IMG/VR virus record: IMGVR_UViG_3300020045_002682
Coordinates: 1-47,902 of that record
DNA length: 47,902 bases
Reading direction: 5' to 3' (one strand)
Source: a virus
Taxonomy: Duplodnaviria; Caudoviricetes
Position numbers and translations under genes: made by a program. Numbering within the stretch: position 1 is the stretch's first letter; each line of letters opens with the position of its first letter. The notes beneath the pieces are model-generated. The model made no database searches, was not told the DNA's origin, and worked only from the letters and a program-made list of their open reading frames with translations. Shown here piece after piece: positions 25,606 to 35,132 of the stretch.

Positions 25606-28466
25606 TACGTGGTCCTAAACCTTTGTGCCCTACGCATAGCTCCCGGCGCGTCCTTCATGGATTGGCTGTAGGCAGTGGCCCCGGCTTCGGCGGCGCTACC
25701 CCTTGCGATTGGCGTTGACACGGCAGCAGCACGGCTATCCACTTGACCCCAAAATTCCTTAGCTCCGGGGCCATAGTAGTTAGTCACCTGTTGCGTTGTT
25801 TGCGAACCACCGGACACGCCCTGTTTTAACATACGGTTATTAATGATCGTGCCTGATCCATTAGGGCGGAAATATTCCGGGCCATTCTCGCCAACGATGT
25901 ACCCCGCACCACCCACGACAGGACCGCCAGCCGCACGGAATGACAATGGCGTTGAGAAGTCTGCGCTGCCACCAAAACCGCCACCCGCATTGCTCAACCC
26001 GCCAGCAGCGCCGCCAACAGCGCCAATAATAGAATTGAGGATACCTAGTGTTGCCTGACGTGCTGCCAGTTTAATCAAGTCTTGAATGATTCCATTGATA
26101 ACGTCGCCCGCGATACCGCCTAGCTTTATGTACTGCGTTGCTGCATTAGCGATGCTGTCGCCAAGGCGATCCATTGCGTCCACCTCGATTTCGTCGATAG
26201 CGTCGCCCATGTTTGCAGCTTCGTCGCGCAGTTCATTTCGGCGGCGCTCTAGTGGGGATGCGTACTCTCTATCAACGCCGGTTCTGCGCGATGACTGCGC
26301 AGATGCAAGGTCGGCACGGGCCTTCGTGGCATCAACGATTTGGCCCGCAAGAATAGCAGCCTCAAGTCGGGCTGATTCCTCCTGTTCCATAGCAGAAAGA
26401 ATGCGCTGCTCTATGGCTAGTGCGTCCGTCCTACTATCGGTAATCCTTAACTGGGCCTCTAGTGCATTCTGCGAATAGCGCGCTGAATTTTCAGTCGCCT
26501 CTTTATTTTTTTGCGTTGCCTCGGCCAGAGCATTAGCGTTAATCGCGTCAAGCCTTGCCGCTGCAACCTTATTATTCAACTCAAGGAGAACGGCTTTTTG
26601 CGCCGAATCCGTATCCTTGTCAGCCTTTATTTGCCGTTCTCGTGACTGCCTTTCAGCCTCAATCCTGTCAGCCTCAAGATCGCGGCGCGCTTCAGCAGTA
26701 CCAATAGCATCGGCCAAGGCTTGTTTAAGCTCAAGCTCCGCAGCCGCCATATCATCTTGAAAGCGGTTTGCGATTGCGGTCACATCTTTAGCTGCGGGAG
26801 AGGATCCTGTAGTACCGCCCTTTTTCTCACTGGCAGCAACTGCTGGCGATCCAGAGGTAGCAGGCTTGAACGTAGCAAGGCCACGCGCGACCTCTTTATC
26901 GTAAAGTCCCTTGGCTATCCTTACGTTTTGCGCAGCCTCAACGTATTGCTTGCGAAGTTCTTCCCCTGTCTTTTTTGCCGCTGCAATTACGTTAGGAGAC
27001 GCTTGGAAAGCCTCAAGCGATTTAGTGCCTCGAATATTGGATTGCCTAGCGCCTCGGGCTTCGTTGACGTTACGCCTAGCATCCATCAACGTGGCGTTGG
27101 CCTGCTCTACAGAAGCAGCTTTAGCTTGCGCGGCAACGCGTGCCCATGCGTTAGCAAGAAGGCCAGCCTCGCCAGTTAAGTTGGCCGTGGCTGTGATCGC
27201 CGCGCGCTGCGTTGACGTTAGATTATCGGTTTCATCCGCGACAGTAGCCTGGTTCTGCTTTAATTCAGAAAACTTTGCCGACTGCCCCTCAATGGAATTA
27301 CTAAGACTATCGGCTGCGGCTTTAGTCTTTGCGCTAGAACTGGCTACGTAACCAATGCCAATGGCAAGCGCGGTTACAGCCAGTCCTACCGGGCCACCGA
27401 ATGCAGCCAGCATGGAGGCTCCTGCAGCACGGCTGGTAAGCGCAAGGACCTCCATAGTCGTGGCAGCGCCAGCAGCGCGAGCCTGAAGCGCGAAAATTGC
27501 CGTACTGGTTGCGCCTGTAGAGATGGCACCAGCAACCATACCAGCTGCGAAACGGCCTACCATTACAGCCGCGAGAACGCCAATAGCCTCGGTCACAACA
27601 TCAAGGTTTTCAGCAAGCAAGCTGATTGCCTCGACAAGCACCGCAGAAGCACCATTGGCGGCATCTGCCTCGCCAATGTACTTCGTCATCGAGTTTGACA
27701 GATTAGTAAATGCAGCAGAGATAGTTAGTGCGGCGTTCCCGGCCTGATCCTCAAGTGCAGCAGTCGCTTGCGTGATGGCCCGGAACAACTCAACATTGGA
27801 TACGCCTGGACCGCTTGTGTCCTTGATTTTGCGAGTCAAACCGGAAAGGCTGTCACCAGTTCCGTCGATGTATTTTGATGCCTCTCGCAACAATGGCTGC
27901 ATTGTGTCAAGCAAGGAATTAAATTCTTCCGCTTGAATACGAGGTGATCCAAGAGCCTGCCCAAGCTGCAATAGCGCGCCTGAAGCCTCGTTAGTTGATG
28001 TGCCAGAAATGCGCAGGGATGCAGCAACAGAGCGCGTAAGCCCGATTAAATCTTCAGTGCTTGCGCCTAACTCCCTTTGGTTCTGCGAAGCGCGCGAATA
28101 AAGCGTACCGACAGATTCAAGCTCAACACCATTTTGTTGCGCGACTTTGAAAAGCCTATCCTGCACACCGGCAAGGTTTTGCCCCTCAAGACCCGCGACC
28201 TTGAGTTGGTTCGTAAACCTCGTATAGGAATCCGCCATCTTGGCGACTTCGCCAACACCGAAGCCTGCGGCTAGGCTTGCCGCCAAACCCTTCATGCTGG
28301 AACTAATCTGGCTAGATGAAGCCCTAAACTGAGCCTCGAGACGCTTTACAGACTTGCCCTGCGAATCAAGCTGGCTATTTACACGGCGCGTGGTCGCGTC
28401 AATATCCGCGCGGTATTTACCTACATCAGCTTGCAAACGAAGAATAACGGGGTCGATTTCGGCCAT
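25605..28466 (-). CDS. Tape measure protein
   Basis: 953 aa, Ala-rich; ADSYTRFTNQLK, LLQLGQALGS..AEEFNS, YIVGENGPEYF. Confidence 0.95.
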   Translation of the reverse strand: MAEIDPVILRLQADVGKYRADIDATTRRVNSQLDSQGKSVKRLEAQFRASSSQISSSMKGLAASLAAGFGVGEVAKMADSYTRFTNQLKVAGLEGQNLAGVQDRLFKVAQQNGVELESVGTLYSRASQNQRELGASTEDLIGLTRSVAASLRISGTSTNEASGALLQLGQALGSPRIQAEEFNSLLDTMQPLLREASKYIDGTGDSLSGLTRKIKDTSGPGVSNVELFRAITQATAALEDQAGNAALTISAAFTNLSNSMTKYIGEADAANGASAVLVEAISLLAENLDVVTEAIGVLAAVMVGRFAAGMVAGAISTGATSTAIFALQARAAGAATTMEVLALTSRAAGASMLAAFGGPVGLAVTALAIGIGYVASSSAKTKAAADSLSNSIEGQSAKFSELKQNQATVADETDNLTSTQRAAITATANLTGEAGLLANAWARVAAQAKAASVEQANATLMDARRNVNEARGARQSNIRGTKSLEAFQASPNVIAAAKKTGEELRKQYVEAAQNVRIAKGLYDKEVARGLATFKPATSGSPAVAASEKKGGTTGSSPAAKDVTAIANRFQDDMAAAELELKQALADAIGTAEARRDLEADRIEAERQSRERQIKADKDTDSAQKAVLLELNNKVAAARLDAINANALAEATQKNKEATENSARYSQNALEAQLRITDSRTDALAIEQRILSAMEQEESARLEAAILAGQIVDATKARADLASAQSSRRTGVDREYASPLERRRNELRDEAANMGDAIDEIEVDAMDRLGDSIANAATQYIKLGGIAGDVINGIIQDLIKLAARQATLGILNSIIGAVGGAAGGLSNAGGGFGGSADFSTPLSFRAAGGPVVGGAGYIVGENGPEYFRPNGSGTIINNRMLKQGVSGGSQTTQQVTNYYGPGAKEFWGQVDSRAAAVSTPIARGSAAEAGATAYSQSMKDAPGAMRRAQRFRTT

Positions 28467-28474
28467 ACCTACTC

Positions 28475-28715
28475 TTAACCCCCGACTATGCCAGACTTAC
28501 CGCGATGAGCATCAAGGAACCGCCCCAACCGCTCATGGTCAACTTCTTTGCTCGCGCCCTCGCTGGATGAATTATGAGCCTCTAGTGCCTCGAAATATCC
28601 AGACATTGACAACGTTGCCCAGTCCAGGTGCATGGCCCCGCAGTTTGCAATCAACTTACCCTTATTGAAGGGCTCTAAGGGCTTGTCGCCCCTGTTGGAT
28701 TTTGATCTTTTTTTT
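28475..28715 (-). CDS. Tail assembly chaperone GT extension via -1 frameshift
   Basis: A8 run (28708-28715) read GAA AAA AAA; the -1 frame is open to TAA at 28475. Confidence 0.75.
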
Positions 28716-29097
28716 CGAGTTTAATCCCGACAATCGCCGCATGAAGGATGGACCATGCAACGTGCATACCTTCGGTTAGCGGCCTTGATGGATAGCAATA
28801 AGCTTCCACAAGCTGCCGTGCGCGGGTAGGGCCAACCTCAACCCCCTCCCCGTTCACATCACCACTTCCGCCACCAATCAAACCCAAGCGGACGGTTTCA
28901 AGAATGTCCGCAAGCATGGCGGTGCCGCCACCTAGATATACAGGCACATCGCCATTAAGGCCAATGCCAGCGGCAAGCCCATCATAAATGGCGAAAACGG
29001 ACTTGTCGCATTTTCGCTCAAGCTCCACAACCTGCGGAAGCCCGAGCCAAAACGAATACCTGCCGTCACCAAAGTCAAGGTCAATCCGCGTGTCCAT
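28675..29097 (-). CDS. Tail assembly chaperone (GTA gp10-like)
   Basis: FGDGRYSFWL...ELERKC...ETVRLGLIGGG; between tail tube and TMP. Confidence 0.85.
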   Translation of the reverse strand: MDTRIDLDFGDGRYSFWLGLPQVVELERKCDKSVFAIYDGLAAGIGLNGDVPVYLGGGTAMLADILETVRLGLIGGGSGDVNGEGVEVGPTRARQLVEAYCYPSRPLTEGMHVAWSILHAAIVGIKLEKKDQNPTGATSP

Positions 29098-29552
29098 TAT
29101 GGAGCGGCAACAGCCCAGACCAGTTCACCTTCACCCTCAAGGGTGATTTCAACGGTGCCGCTATCGCCTTCAATGCTGTAGGACTGGTTGCGCGTGGTCA
29201 TCAAGGCCGTTCCAACGTAGGTGCCCATAGACTCGCCGGCATCGGTTCCGTCATCCTTGAACAACTCAACCTCGTAAATCTTACGCACGCCAAAAGCATC
29301 GGAATAATCCGTCTCAAGGTCAATGTTGTCCGAGCCGGTTCCGCTAATGGACCACGACGAACCAGTCACCCGCAGCTTGCGTTGACCAGGGCGGTTCGGC
29401 GTAGCGCAGTCCCGACGATAGGTTTCGTTAGTCTGTGCGGTACGGTTGATCGTGACGCCCTCAATGCCGCAAAGCAGCTTATAAACAGCCGGGGGGCCTA
29501 CAGCGGTCTGGATGCTTACAAGTGCAAAGTCAGCACTATTAGGAAGGCTCAT
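29097..29552 (-). CDS. Tail tube (major tail) protein
   Basis: LCGI..VTIN...DC...SWSISGTG...VEITLEGEGEL. Confidence 0.85.
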   Translation of the reverse strand: MSLPNSADFALVSIQTAVGPPAVYKLLCGIEGVTINRTAQTNETYRRDCATPNRPGQRKLRVTGSSWSISGTGSDNIDLETDYSDAFGVRKIYEVELFKDDGTDAGESMGTYVGTALMTTRNQSYSIEGDSGTVEITLEGEGELVWAVAAP

Positions 29553-29615
29553 CGTGTGTTCTCCGGTGACATTGTGGGTGACATTAGGTTATGTGGTGTG
29601 TATAATTTACCGTTA

Positions 29616-30083
29616 TTAGTTAGCGTCATCATAAACCCTAACCTCAACATTACAGAACCCATGATAAGCATCCGCTTCTGCACCGTCCTGCATTAGCTGG
29701 CTACTGGTGACTCGGAAGCGGAAACGCTTGCCCGCAACCTCATGGGCGTGACCATGCAACGCTTCAACGACAGCCGAGTTAAGGGCACCAGAAACATCGC
29801 GCGCGGTGTTTATGATCTGCCCTGAACCGTTAAATGCAGCCTTACCGAACGAATGCACGATGAAGGCTACTTCGGCGCGAGCCGTGCAGCCTCGACCTTG
29901 CGGAATAGATTGCGTTCCATCCAATCGGACGAACGGCCATTTATTTGAACCATCCGCATTGACGCCAGCCGTATTAGGCATTGGTTCAATCGACGTTTTC
30001 GCGACGAGGGCTGCAAGCGGTGCATCAGCCTTCAGGACCGTGATTGCTGCACGTTCAGTCGCCCTTAGTAGGTCGTTTGACAG
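29616..30083 (-). CDS. Tail terminator (DUF3168-like), probable CTG start
   Basis: WPFVRL, LMQDGAEADAYHG; N-terminal SNDLLRATERAAITVLKADAPLAALV lies upstream of the first ATG; GAGGAG 7 nt before CTG. Confidence 0.75.
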   Translation of the reverse strand: MSNDLLRATERAAITVLKADAPLAALVAKTSIEPMPNTAGVNADGSNKWPFVRLDGTQSIPQGRGCTARAEVAFIVHSFGKAAFNGSGQIINTARDVSGALNSAVVEALHGHAHEVAGKRFRFRVTSSQLMQDGAEADAYHGFCNVEVRVYDDAN

Positions 30084-30231
30084 GTGCCTTCTCCTCGATT
30101 ACGTACCCCTTGCGCCTAGCCTCGGATGCCACGGCTTCGGAAACCTCCATAGGTCGATTGGCTGGGTAACGGTGACTAATGCCGCCCTCAAGTTTATACT
30201 TGAACGGCTTATTAAACGTCACGGTTTGCAT
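30055..30231 (-). CDS. 58-aa protein MQTVTFNKPFKY...
   Basis: GGAG RBS; TAATG overlap with the neck gene. Confidence 0.65.
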   Translation of the reverse strand: MQTVTFNKPFKYKLEGGISHRYPANRPMEVSEAVASEARRKGYVIEEKAPVKRPTKGD

Positions 30232-30662
30232 TAACTATCTCCCGATCTGGACTTTTTGATTGCGGTGTTCACCGCCTGCTGCACGATCTTTTGAACAAAC
30301 TTCACGTTCTTATCGCGGGCTGGCTTCATATAAGGGCGTGCGGCCATTTTGCTCGTACCAAATTCAAGTGCGGCGGCGTATGGGGCGCGGCTTGAAACTT
30401 CGACGATTAGCGGGGCAACTGATACGGTTTCAATGTTGTTTGCAAGTACGCCAGTATCGTTGTTAGGCGCTTGCCCCGGCTTGGATGGCTCATGCCCCGC
30501 ACCACTAACGGAGCCCGCCGTAATGCTAATCTGCGCATCAACCTGGATGCGTTCGCCAGCAATGAACAGCGCCTTGCCAACCTCTTTTACCACTACCTGC
30601 GAAGACAGCTTTTTAAGCCGGTTAGTGTGCGCCTTTAGCCCTATGATGCCAGAACCAGCCAT
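30231..30662 (-). CDS. HK97 gp10-like neck/tail-completion protein
   Basis: PSKPGQAPNNDTGVL, YAAALEFGTSKMAARPYMKPA. Confidence 0.9.
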   Translation of the reverse strand: MAGSGIIGLKAHTNRLKKLSSQVVVKEVGKALFIAGERIQVDAQISITAGSVSGAGHEPSKPGQAPNNDTGVLANNIETVSVAPLIVEVSSRAPYAAALEFGTSKMAARPYMKPARDKNVKFVQKIVQQAVNTAIKKSRSGDS

Positions 30663-31045
30663 TAGGCCTGCCTGCCGCGCAACTCGAAACCAATCGAGGC
30701 TGGATCACGTTGGCTGGACTCAACCAGCCACAGCCCCGCAAATGGGCCTTCCAGAATATCAATCTTATCGTTCGTGCCGATGTTGCCCTCAAGTGTGGAA
30801 CCTAGCACGATAATGCTTCTGTCACCCTCCACGAACCCATCAGCGCCGCGCATTGCCACTGTGGCAACATCAACCTGCGCCTTGCATTCACGGTATTCAG
30901 GGGACCCACTGCCCGGAACGATGGAGCCTCCGTCATCGTACTCAACGGCCCCTTGCGTCACGATTCGGGCATCCCAAAAGGGTGCGCCAAACGCCCCATT
31001 GAAGGCCATTGCAATGCTAGTGAATGCTGCGGGCAGGGAGTTCAT
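30662..31045 (-). CDS. Head closure / head-tail joining protein
   Basis: Position; CKAQVD..GDRSIIVL...RDPA. Confidence 0.65.
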   Translation of the reverse strand: MNSLPAAFTSIAMAFNGAFGAPFWDARIVTQGAVEYDDGGSIVPGSGSPEYRECKAQVDVATVAMRGADGFVEGDRSIIVLGSTLEGNIGTNDKIDILEGPFAGLWLVESSQRDPASIGFELRGRQA

Positions 31046-31440
31046 GCGCAGGGACCGCCAAGCCATCCAACAAGGCGCGGGCCACCACAATGTTCGCGCA
31101 GCAATTCAGCATACTGCTGGCCGTATGGCGTTGCCTGATAACCACCCTTAGCACGGCTCGAGGCAACACTTTCGGAGATGGCTGCGCTAAACGTGCCGCT
31201 CTTGAAGCTGGTTGCGCCAGTCGATGCAAGTAGCGCCATACCTGGATCAATGCCGATTGCATTGCGCGAAAGCAGATGTGCCGTAAGATACTCAACACCC
31301 TCTTGGTAAAATTCACCAAGACACACAGCAGCGCGGGTTTCAGCACGGGTGACGTAAATATCGTATTGCTCTTGCGTCAGTGTTATGAACGCCGGAAACG
31401 TAGCAATGAATTGAGCTAGGGTTAGGCGGGTATATTCCAT
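31042..31440 (-). CDS. Head-tail adaptor (DUF4054-like)
   Basis: FIATFPAF, YLTAHLL, TPYGQQYAELLR. Confidence 0.85.
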   Translation of the reverse strand: MEYTRLTLAQFIATFPAFITLTQEQYDIYVTRAETRAAVCLGEFYQEGVEYLTAHLLSRNAIGIDPGMALLASTGATSFKSGTFSAAISESVASSRAKGGYQATPYGQQYAELLREHCGGPRLVGWLGGPCA

Positions 31441-32084
31441 TACCTTTGCTCCCACCTGAGCCTAAACACGCCTGAAATAGCTCCGCCGTCAAGGTTCTCG
31501 ATCATGGCGTAATACGTTCCCGCAGGCGCTCCGCGATAGCTATCGACATTGACCCCAACGGTTTGGGCCTGTCCTGTCGCACCGGATACTAGAAGCCTCA
31601 TAACATCCAATTGCGTTCCGCCAGTAATAGCATTGGACGCACCTGAAGCCGTTCTGGACACGGTGACGGCTTGGGCTGGTGCAACGGGGCCTTCACTCAT
31701 TGAGTTGGCCGGGATTGCAGTCATTGCCGTAAAGGTTCCAGTAGGAGTGCCGCCGCTGTATGTTGCAAGTCTTGCAGAGCCATTGTCCAGAGTTAGGTTT
31801 ATCTCTTGAACAATGAAATCTGCAGTTGAAACAAACCGGAACAATTGCTTTTCACCAGCAGGGATATTCAACTCTTGGAATATGCGATATTCACGTTTCG
31901 CAAAAAAGCCTGACTGCCCTACATCCACCCGGATTCGGCTCGCTCCATCTCCAGCGCCAACCCCCGTCAAAAGGTTGTATGGAATCTGTGGAGCGTAAAC
32001 GCCATTGTTATCGAAAGGCACAACCGGAGTTGCCTCGATCAATAAGCCTGCGCCACCATGGACATCGGGGATGTTGTCTACCAT
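31440..32084 (-). CDS. Putative virion structural protein
   Basis: 214 aa, beta-rich, in the head/neck cluster. Confidence 0.55.
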   Translation of the reverse strand: MVDNIPDVHGGAGLLIEATPVVPFDNNGVYAPQIPYNLLTGVGAGDGASRIRVDVGQSGFFAKREYRIFQELNIPAGEKQLFRFVSTADFIVQEINLTLDNGSARLATYSGGTPTGTFTAMTAIPANSMSEGPVAPAQAVTVSRTASGASNAITGGTQLDVMRLLVSGATGQAQTVGVNVDSYRGAPAGTYYAMIENLDGGAISGVFRLRWEQR

Positions 32085-32408
32085 TTAAGAAGCGTCCGCA
32101 ATCTCTTGCTGAAGCCTCTTGACACCCCAACGCCGATCAATGTCGATGCCGAGTTCCTCAGCCTTCAGGCGCAAATCATCAATGTCTGGCTCATTGTCAC
32201 CTATAAAGGTTTCCGGTCCTTTTTCACCTACGGGCTTCAAGTTTTCCTTCGGGCTGGCATTCTCAACCGTCAACACCATGCTATGAACAAGCAACTCCGC
32301 ATAAGCATCGCTGAAGTGCGACACAACACTGCCGAATGCGGGCAAAATAACACCGCCCTCCAGGTCAAACGGGCTGTTCGTCAGGTTCTCGATCTTGAGA
32401 AATGGCAT
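32085..32408 (-). CDS. Hypothetical protein with C-terminal helix-extension-helix-like motif
   Basis: AGGAG RBS before ATG 32408; LRLKAEELGIDIDRRWGVKRL. Confidence 0.7.
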   Translation of the reverse strand: MPFLKIENLTNSPFDLEGGVILPAFGSVVSHFSDAYAELLVHSMVLTVENASPKENLKPVGEKGPETFIGDNEPDIDDLRLKAEELGIDIDRRWGVKRLQQEIADAS

Positions 32409-32432
32409 GGGCTTGTCTCCTGCTATCCTTGT

Positions 32433-32471
32433 AAAAAAGGGGCTGGCAACGATTACCGCCACCAACCCCTT
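32433..32471 (-). terminator. Intrinsic terminator after the major capsid gene
   Basis: GGGGTTGGTGGCG-GTAAT-CGTTGCCAGCCCC-TTTTTT. Confidence 0.8.
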
Positions 32472-32494
32472 GCTTGTTTAGTCTAGCTTAGAGG

Positions 32495-33466
32495 TTAAGC
32501 AGCGACCTGAGACACAACATCCACGTAACGCATGGCTACGGTGGTCAGGAGTTCAACGCCACCAGTGCGGAAGATGCCCGGAACGGTGAAGTTGAGCGGA
32601 CCATCCTGGTAAACCGGCAGGAAACGGTGCGGCATCGGCAGATGCAGCTTGACGTAATCCTGATCGTTTTTGTAGGCGACCATACGGCCAGTACCGCCTG
32701 CGGCAGCGTTGCTAAGTTCGCGGACGGTGCGAATGGTCAGCGGCTGGCCGGTGGTGATGGTGTAGATGTTGGTACGCATTACAAACGACAGGATGGTTTC
32801 GGTCGTGGTGGCGCTATAAGGCGCAGCCGCGATGTAGTTGTATGCCTCGATAGGCAGCAACAGCGTATCAGCCATTTCAGTCTGCAGCGAGGCCATATAG
32901 ACGCCTTGCAGTGCAACGTTGATGTCGCGAACAATCTGCGCCGGGGTCTTGGTGCCAACGCCGTTAGCGTCAACCCAATAAGACACAGAGCCAGTGCCAT
33001 CTGCCGGGGCGGTGGTAGCGGTTACGCCAGAGTAGTTGATAAGACCACCAAGGCCCTTTTCGGTGGATCCGCTCATCGTCAGGTCATACATGAACTTCTG
33101 ATAGGCGAGACGGGCAGCGCGTGCGCGACGATCAGGAAGGGTGCCACCAACCTGAATTGCGGTGTTGACTTCCTCAATGTTCCATTGGTAGCCAATGGCC
33201 GCAAGCTGGAAGTTGCGCTGCGAAACATCCTGGCTTACGTCAGCAAGCGGGACATCCTTGGCGTAACCAGACTGCCAGTTAGCAGCGCCGGTGTTGCTGG
33301 AGGTGTACGTCAAAATACCCGGCGACCATTCGGGGCCGGAGGTATCCACGAAGATCATACGCCCGAAGTCCCAATCGGGATACTTCGTCTCGTAGATGCG
33401 CTGGTTGATCTTGTAGGACTGCGCCGTAACGAGCGTCAGGGCCTGTGCGTCAGTAAAATTAGTCAT
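32495..33466 (-). CDS. Major capsid protein (DUF2184-like, HK97 fold)
   Basis: IYETKYP, GYQWNIEE, GLINY, RMVAYKND, TGGVE; follows the decoration and protease genes. Confidence 0.9.
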   Translation of the reverse strand: MTNFTDAQALTLVTAQSYKINQRIYETKYPDWDFGRMIFVDTSGPEWSPGILTYTSSNTGAANWQSGYAKDVPLADVSQDVSQRNFQLAAIGYQWNIEEVNTAIQVGGTLPDRRARAARLAYQKFMYDLTMSGSTEKGLGGLINYSGVTATTAPADGTGSVSYWVDANGVGTKTPAQIVRDINVALQGVYMASLQTEMADTLLLPIEAYNYIAAAPYSATTTETILSFVMRTNIYTITTGQPLTIRTVRELSNAAAGGTGRMVAYKNDQDYVKLHLPMPHRFLPVYQDGPLNFTVPGIFRTGGVELLTTVAMRYVDVVSQVAA

Positions 33467-33472
33467 TGTTGA

Positions 33473-33946
33473 TTACCCCGAAACCGAAAGCGAAGGAACC
33501 GGGCGACGATAACGAATCGCACCGACATTGCCGCTAGTACCCGCAGCCTCAAACTGCGCACCCGGAATGGTGACAACCGTTGCCGACTGTGCAGCGCCAG
33601 TCCAATTCTTAGCCACCGTGTTCCAGCGAGCCTGTGCGCCAACCGTGACGTTTGCGCCAAGAAGGACGCCGATCACACCGCTTTCGCAGATACCTACGTT
33701 GTCATACTGCGCATAAGCATCGCCAGTGCGCGGAAGGACGAGGTTCGCCTCGGTGATGCCGAGAACGTTGCGGCCAGTCGTGGCGTCCAGTTCAATTACC
33801 GTATGAGCGGCAGTGCCAGGCATGACAGGTACGCCAAAACCAAGGGTGGCAGCGCCTTCCTTAGTGCGAGTAATACCATTCCACTCTTCCATATTGACGC
33901 GACGCCCAACGGCATACGGCGCAATGGTGCTAGAATAAGTAACCAT
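33473..33946 (-). CDS. Head decoration / cement protein
   Basis: LGFGVPV..G, LGIT, SGVIGV; between protease and MCP. Confidence 0.75.
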   Translation of the reverse strand: MVTYSSTIAPYAVGRRVNMEEWNGITRTKEGAATLGFGVPVMPGTAAHTVIELDATTGRNVLGITEANLVLPRTGDAYAQYDNVGICESGVIGVLLGANVTVGAQARWNTVAKNWTGAAQSATVVTIPGAQFEAAGTSGNVGAIRYRRPVPSLSVSG

Positions 33947-35034
33947 TATGCGGTCCTCCAGGCGTTAAGATCAACAATGGACTTTTCGAAAGCGTCCTTG
34001 CACTTCGTGGCAGCATCACCGATAACGGCAGGCTGACCCATAGGGTGCACAACCTTAGCGGCATCAGCGGTCAGGACTGCAAACGCACCTTCAATGGCAG
34101 CGTCAGACATATCCTTGGCAGCATCACCCAGCTTGGCCGAAACAACTTCCTTGCGAATGTCAGCGTCCGACTTGCCATCAGCAACAATCGCCGGAACCGC
34201 AATGCGGGCAGCGTCAAGCAGCTTGGAGCGAGCGTCAGCCATAAGCTGAAGCTTCTCGGGGGTGATAACGGCATCGGCCAGCTTGGCGCTCAGAGCGGCA
34301 ATCTCGCCATCCTTAGCTTCAACGGATGCGGTGACAGTTGCGAGATTAGCGGCAAGCGTGCCGTTAGCCTTGTCCGCATCTGCGAGCTTCGTATTAAGAG
34401 CGCCGACCGCAACAGCGACAGCCGCGCCGTCGCTCAGGTCAACGTCTTTGGCATCGCCAATCGTTAGCTTCATGGTTTTCTCCGGTGGGGTAATACTACG
34501 CTCATCAATGATGCGTAGCTCGGTGCCACCGCGTGCGTTGCGGACGGCTGCGAGGTGATTGTAGCGGAAAGTCTTCGCTACATAGTCGTAGGACTGTCCT
34601 TCATAAGAACCATCCTGCGCCGTGATTTCTGCGGTGTAACCAAGGGAAAATTCGCGGCGGTCGTTCTGGAGGCTGGTAATGGCCGCGCTATCCATGACCT
34701 TGATCGGTACGCGGACAAACTCGCCATCGCGCATGACTTCGCCGCCAACATCGCCAACCGCGAGCGTGCGCCAGTTTTCCGCCTTGACGGATTCCTTGGG
34801 GTGATCGAGCGTAATAGGGCGATGGGCTAGGGATGCTAGGGCATCCTTGTGAAACACCTCGGCTTCAGGTCGAAACACGCGAACCACATCGGCTGGGTTG
34901 CGATCCGTAAGGCCAAGTTCGCCAGCGAGGTATTCCTGGACGTTGTTCGCGCGCGCAACTAGAGCGTCTGCAACGAAGTATCCATCCTTCGTAATCCGGG
35001 CTGAACCCGTAATCTGGGCGGTGTCATAAAACAT
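33946..35034 (-). CDS. Prohead protease/scaffold (DUF2213)
   Basis: VFRPEAEVF, PITLDHP, EFSLGY, YNHLAAVRNARGG. Confidence 0.92.
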   Translation of the reverse strand: MFYDTAQITGSARITKDGYFVADALVARANNVQEYLAGELGLTDRNPADVVRVFRPEAEVFHKDALASLAHRPITLDHPKESVKAENWRTLAVGDVGGEVMRDGEFVRVPIKVMDSAAITSLQNDRREFSLGYTAEITAQDGSYEGQSYDYVAKTFRYNHLAAVRNARGGTELRIIDERSITPPEKTMKLTIGDAKDVDLSDGAAVAVAVGALNTKLADADKANGTLAANLATVTASVEAKDGEIAALSAKLADAVITPEKLQLMADARSKLLDAARIAVPAIVADGKSDADIRKEVVSAKLGDAAKDMSDAAIEGAFAVLTADAAKVVHPMGQPAVIGDAATKCKDAFEKSIVDLNAWRTA

Positions 35035-35132
35035 TAAAGCCCGTATCGCACTTATGACGATACGGGCTTACCGCTATTTACCTAAATAGAGATGAAATCC
35101 TAACCGCAAACATGAAGATAGAGTTGTATATT

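Noticed and set aside
32627-33472. 281-aa plus-strand ORF opposite the capsid gene
   Set aside because: Expected antisense open frame from strong codon bias in a highly expressed gene
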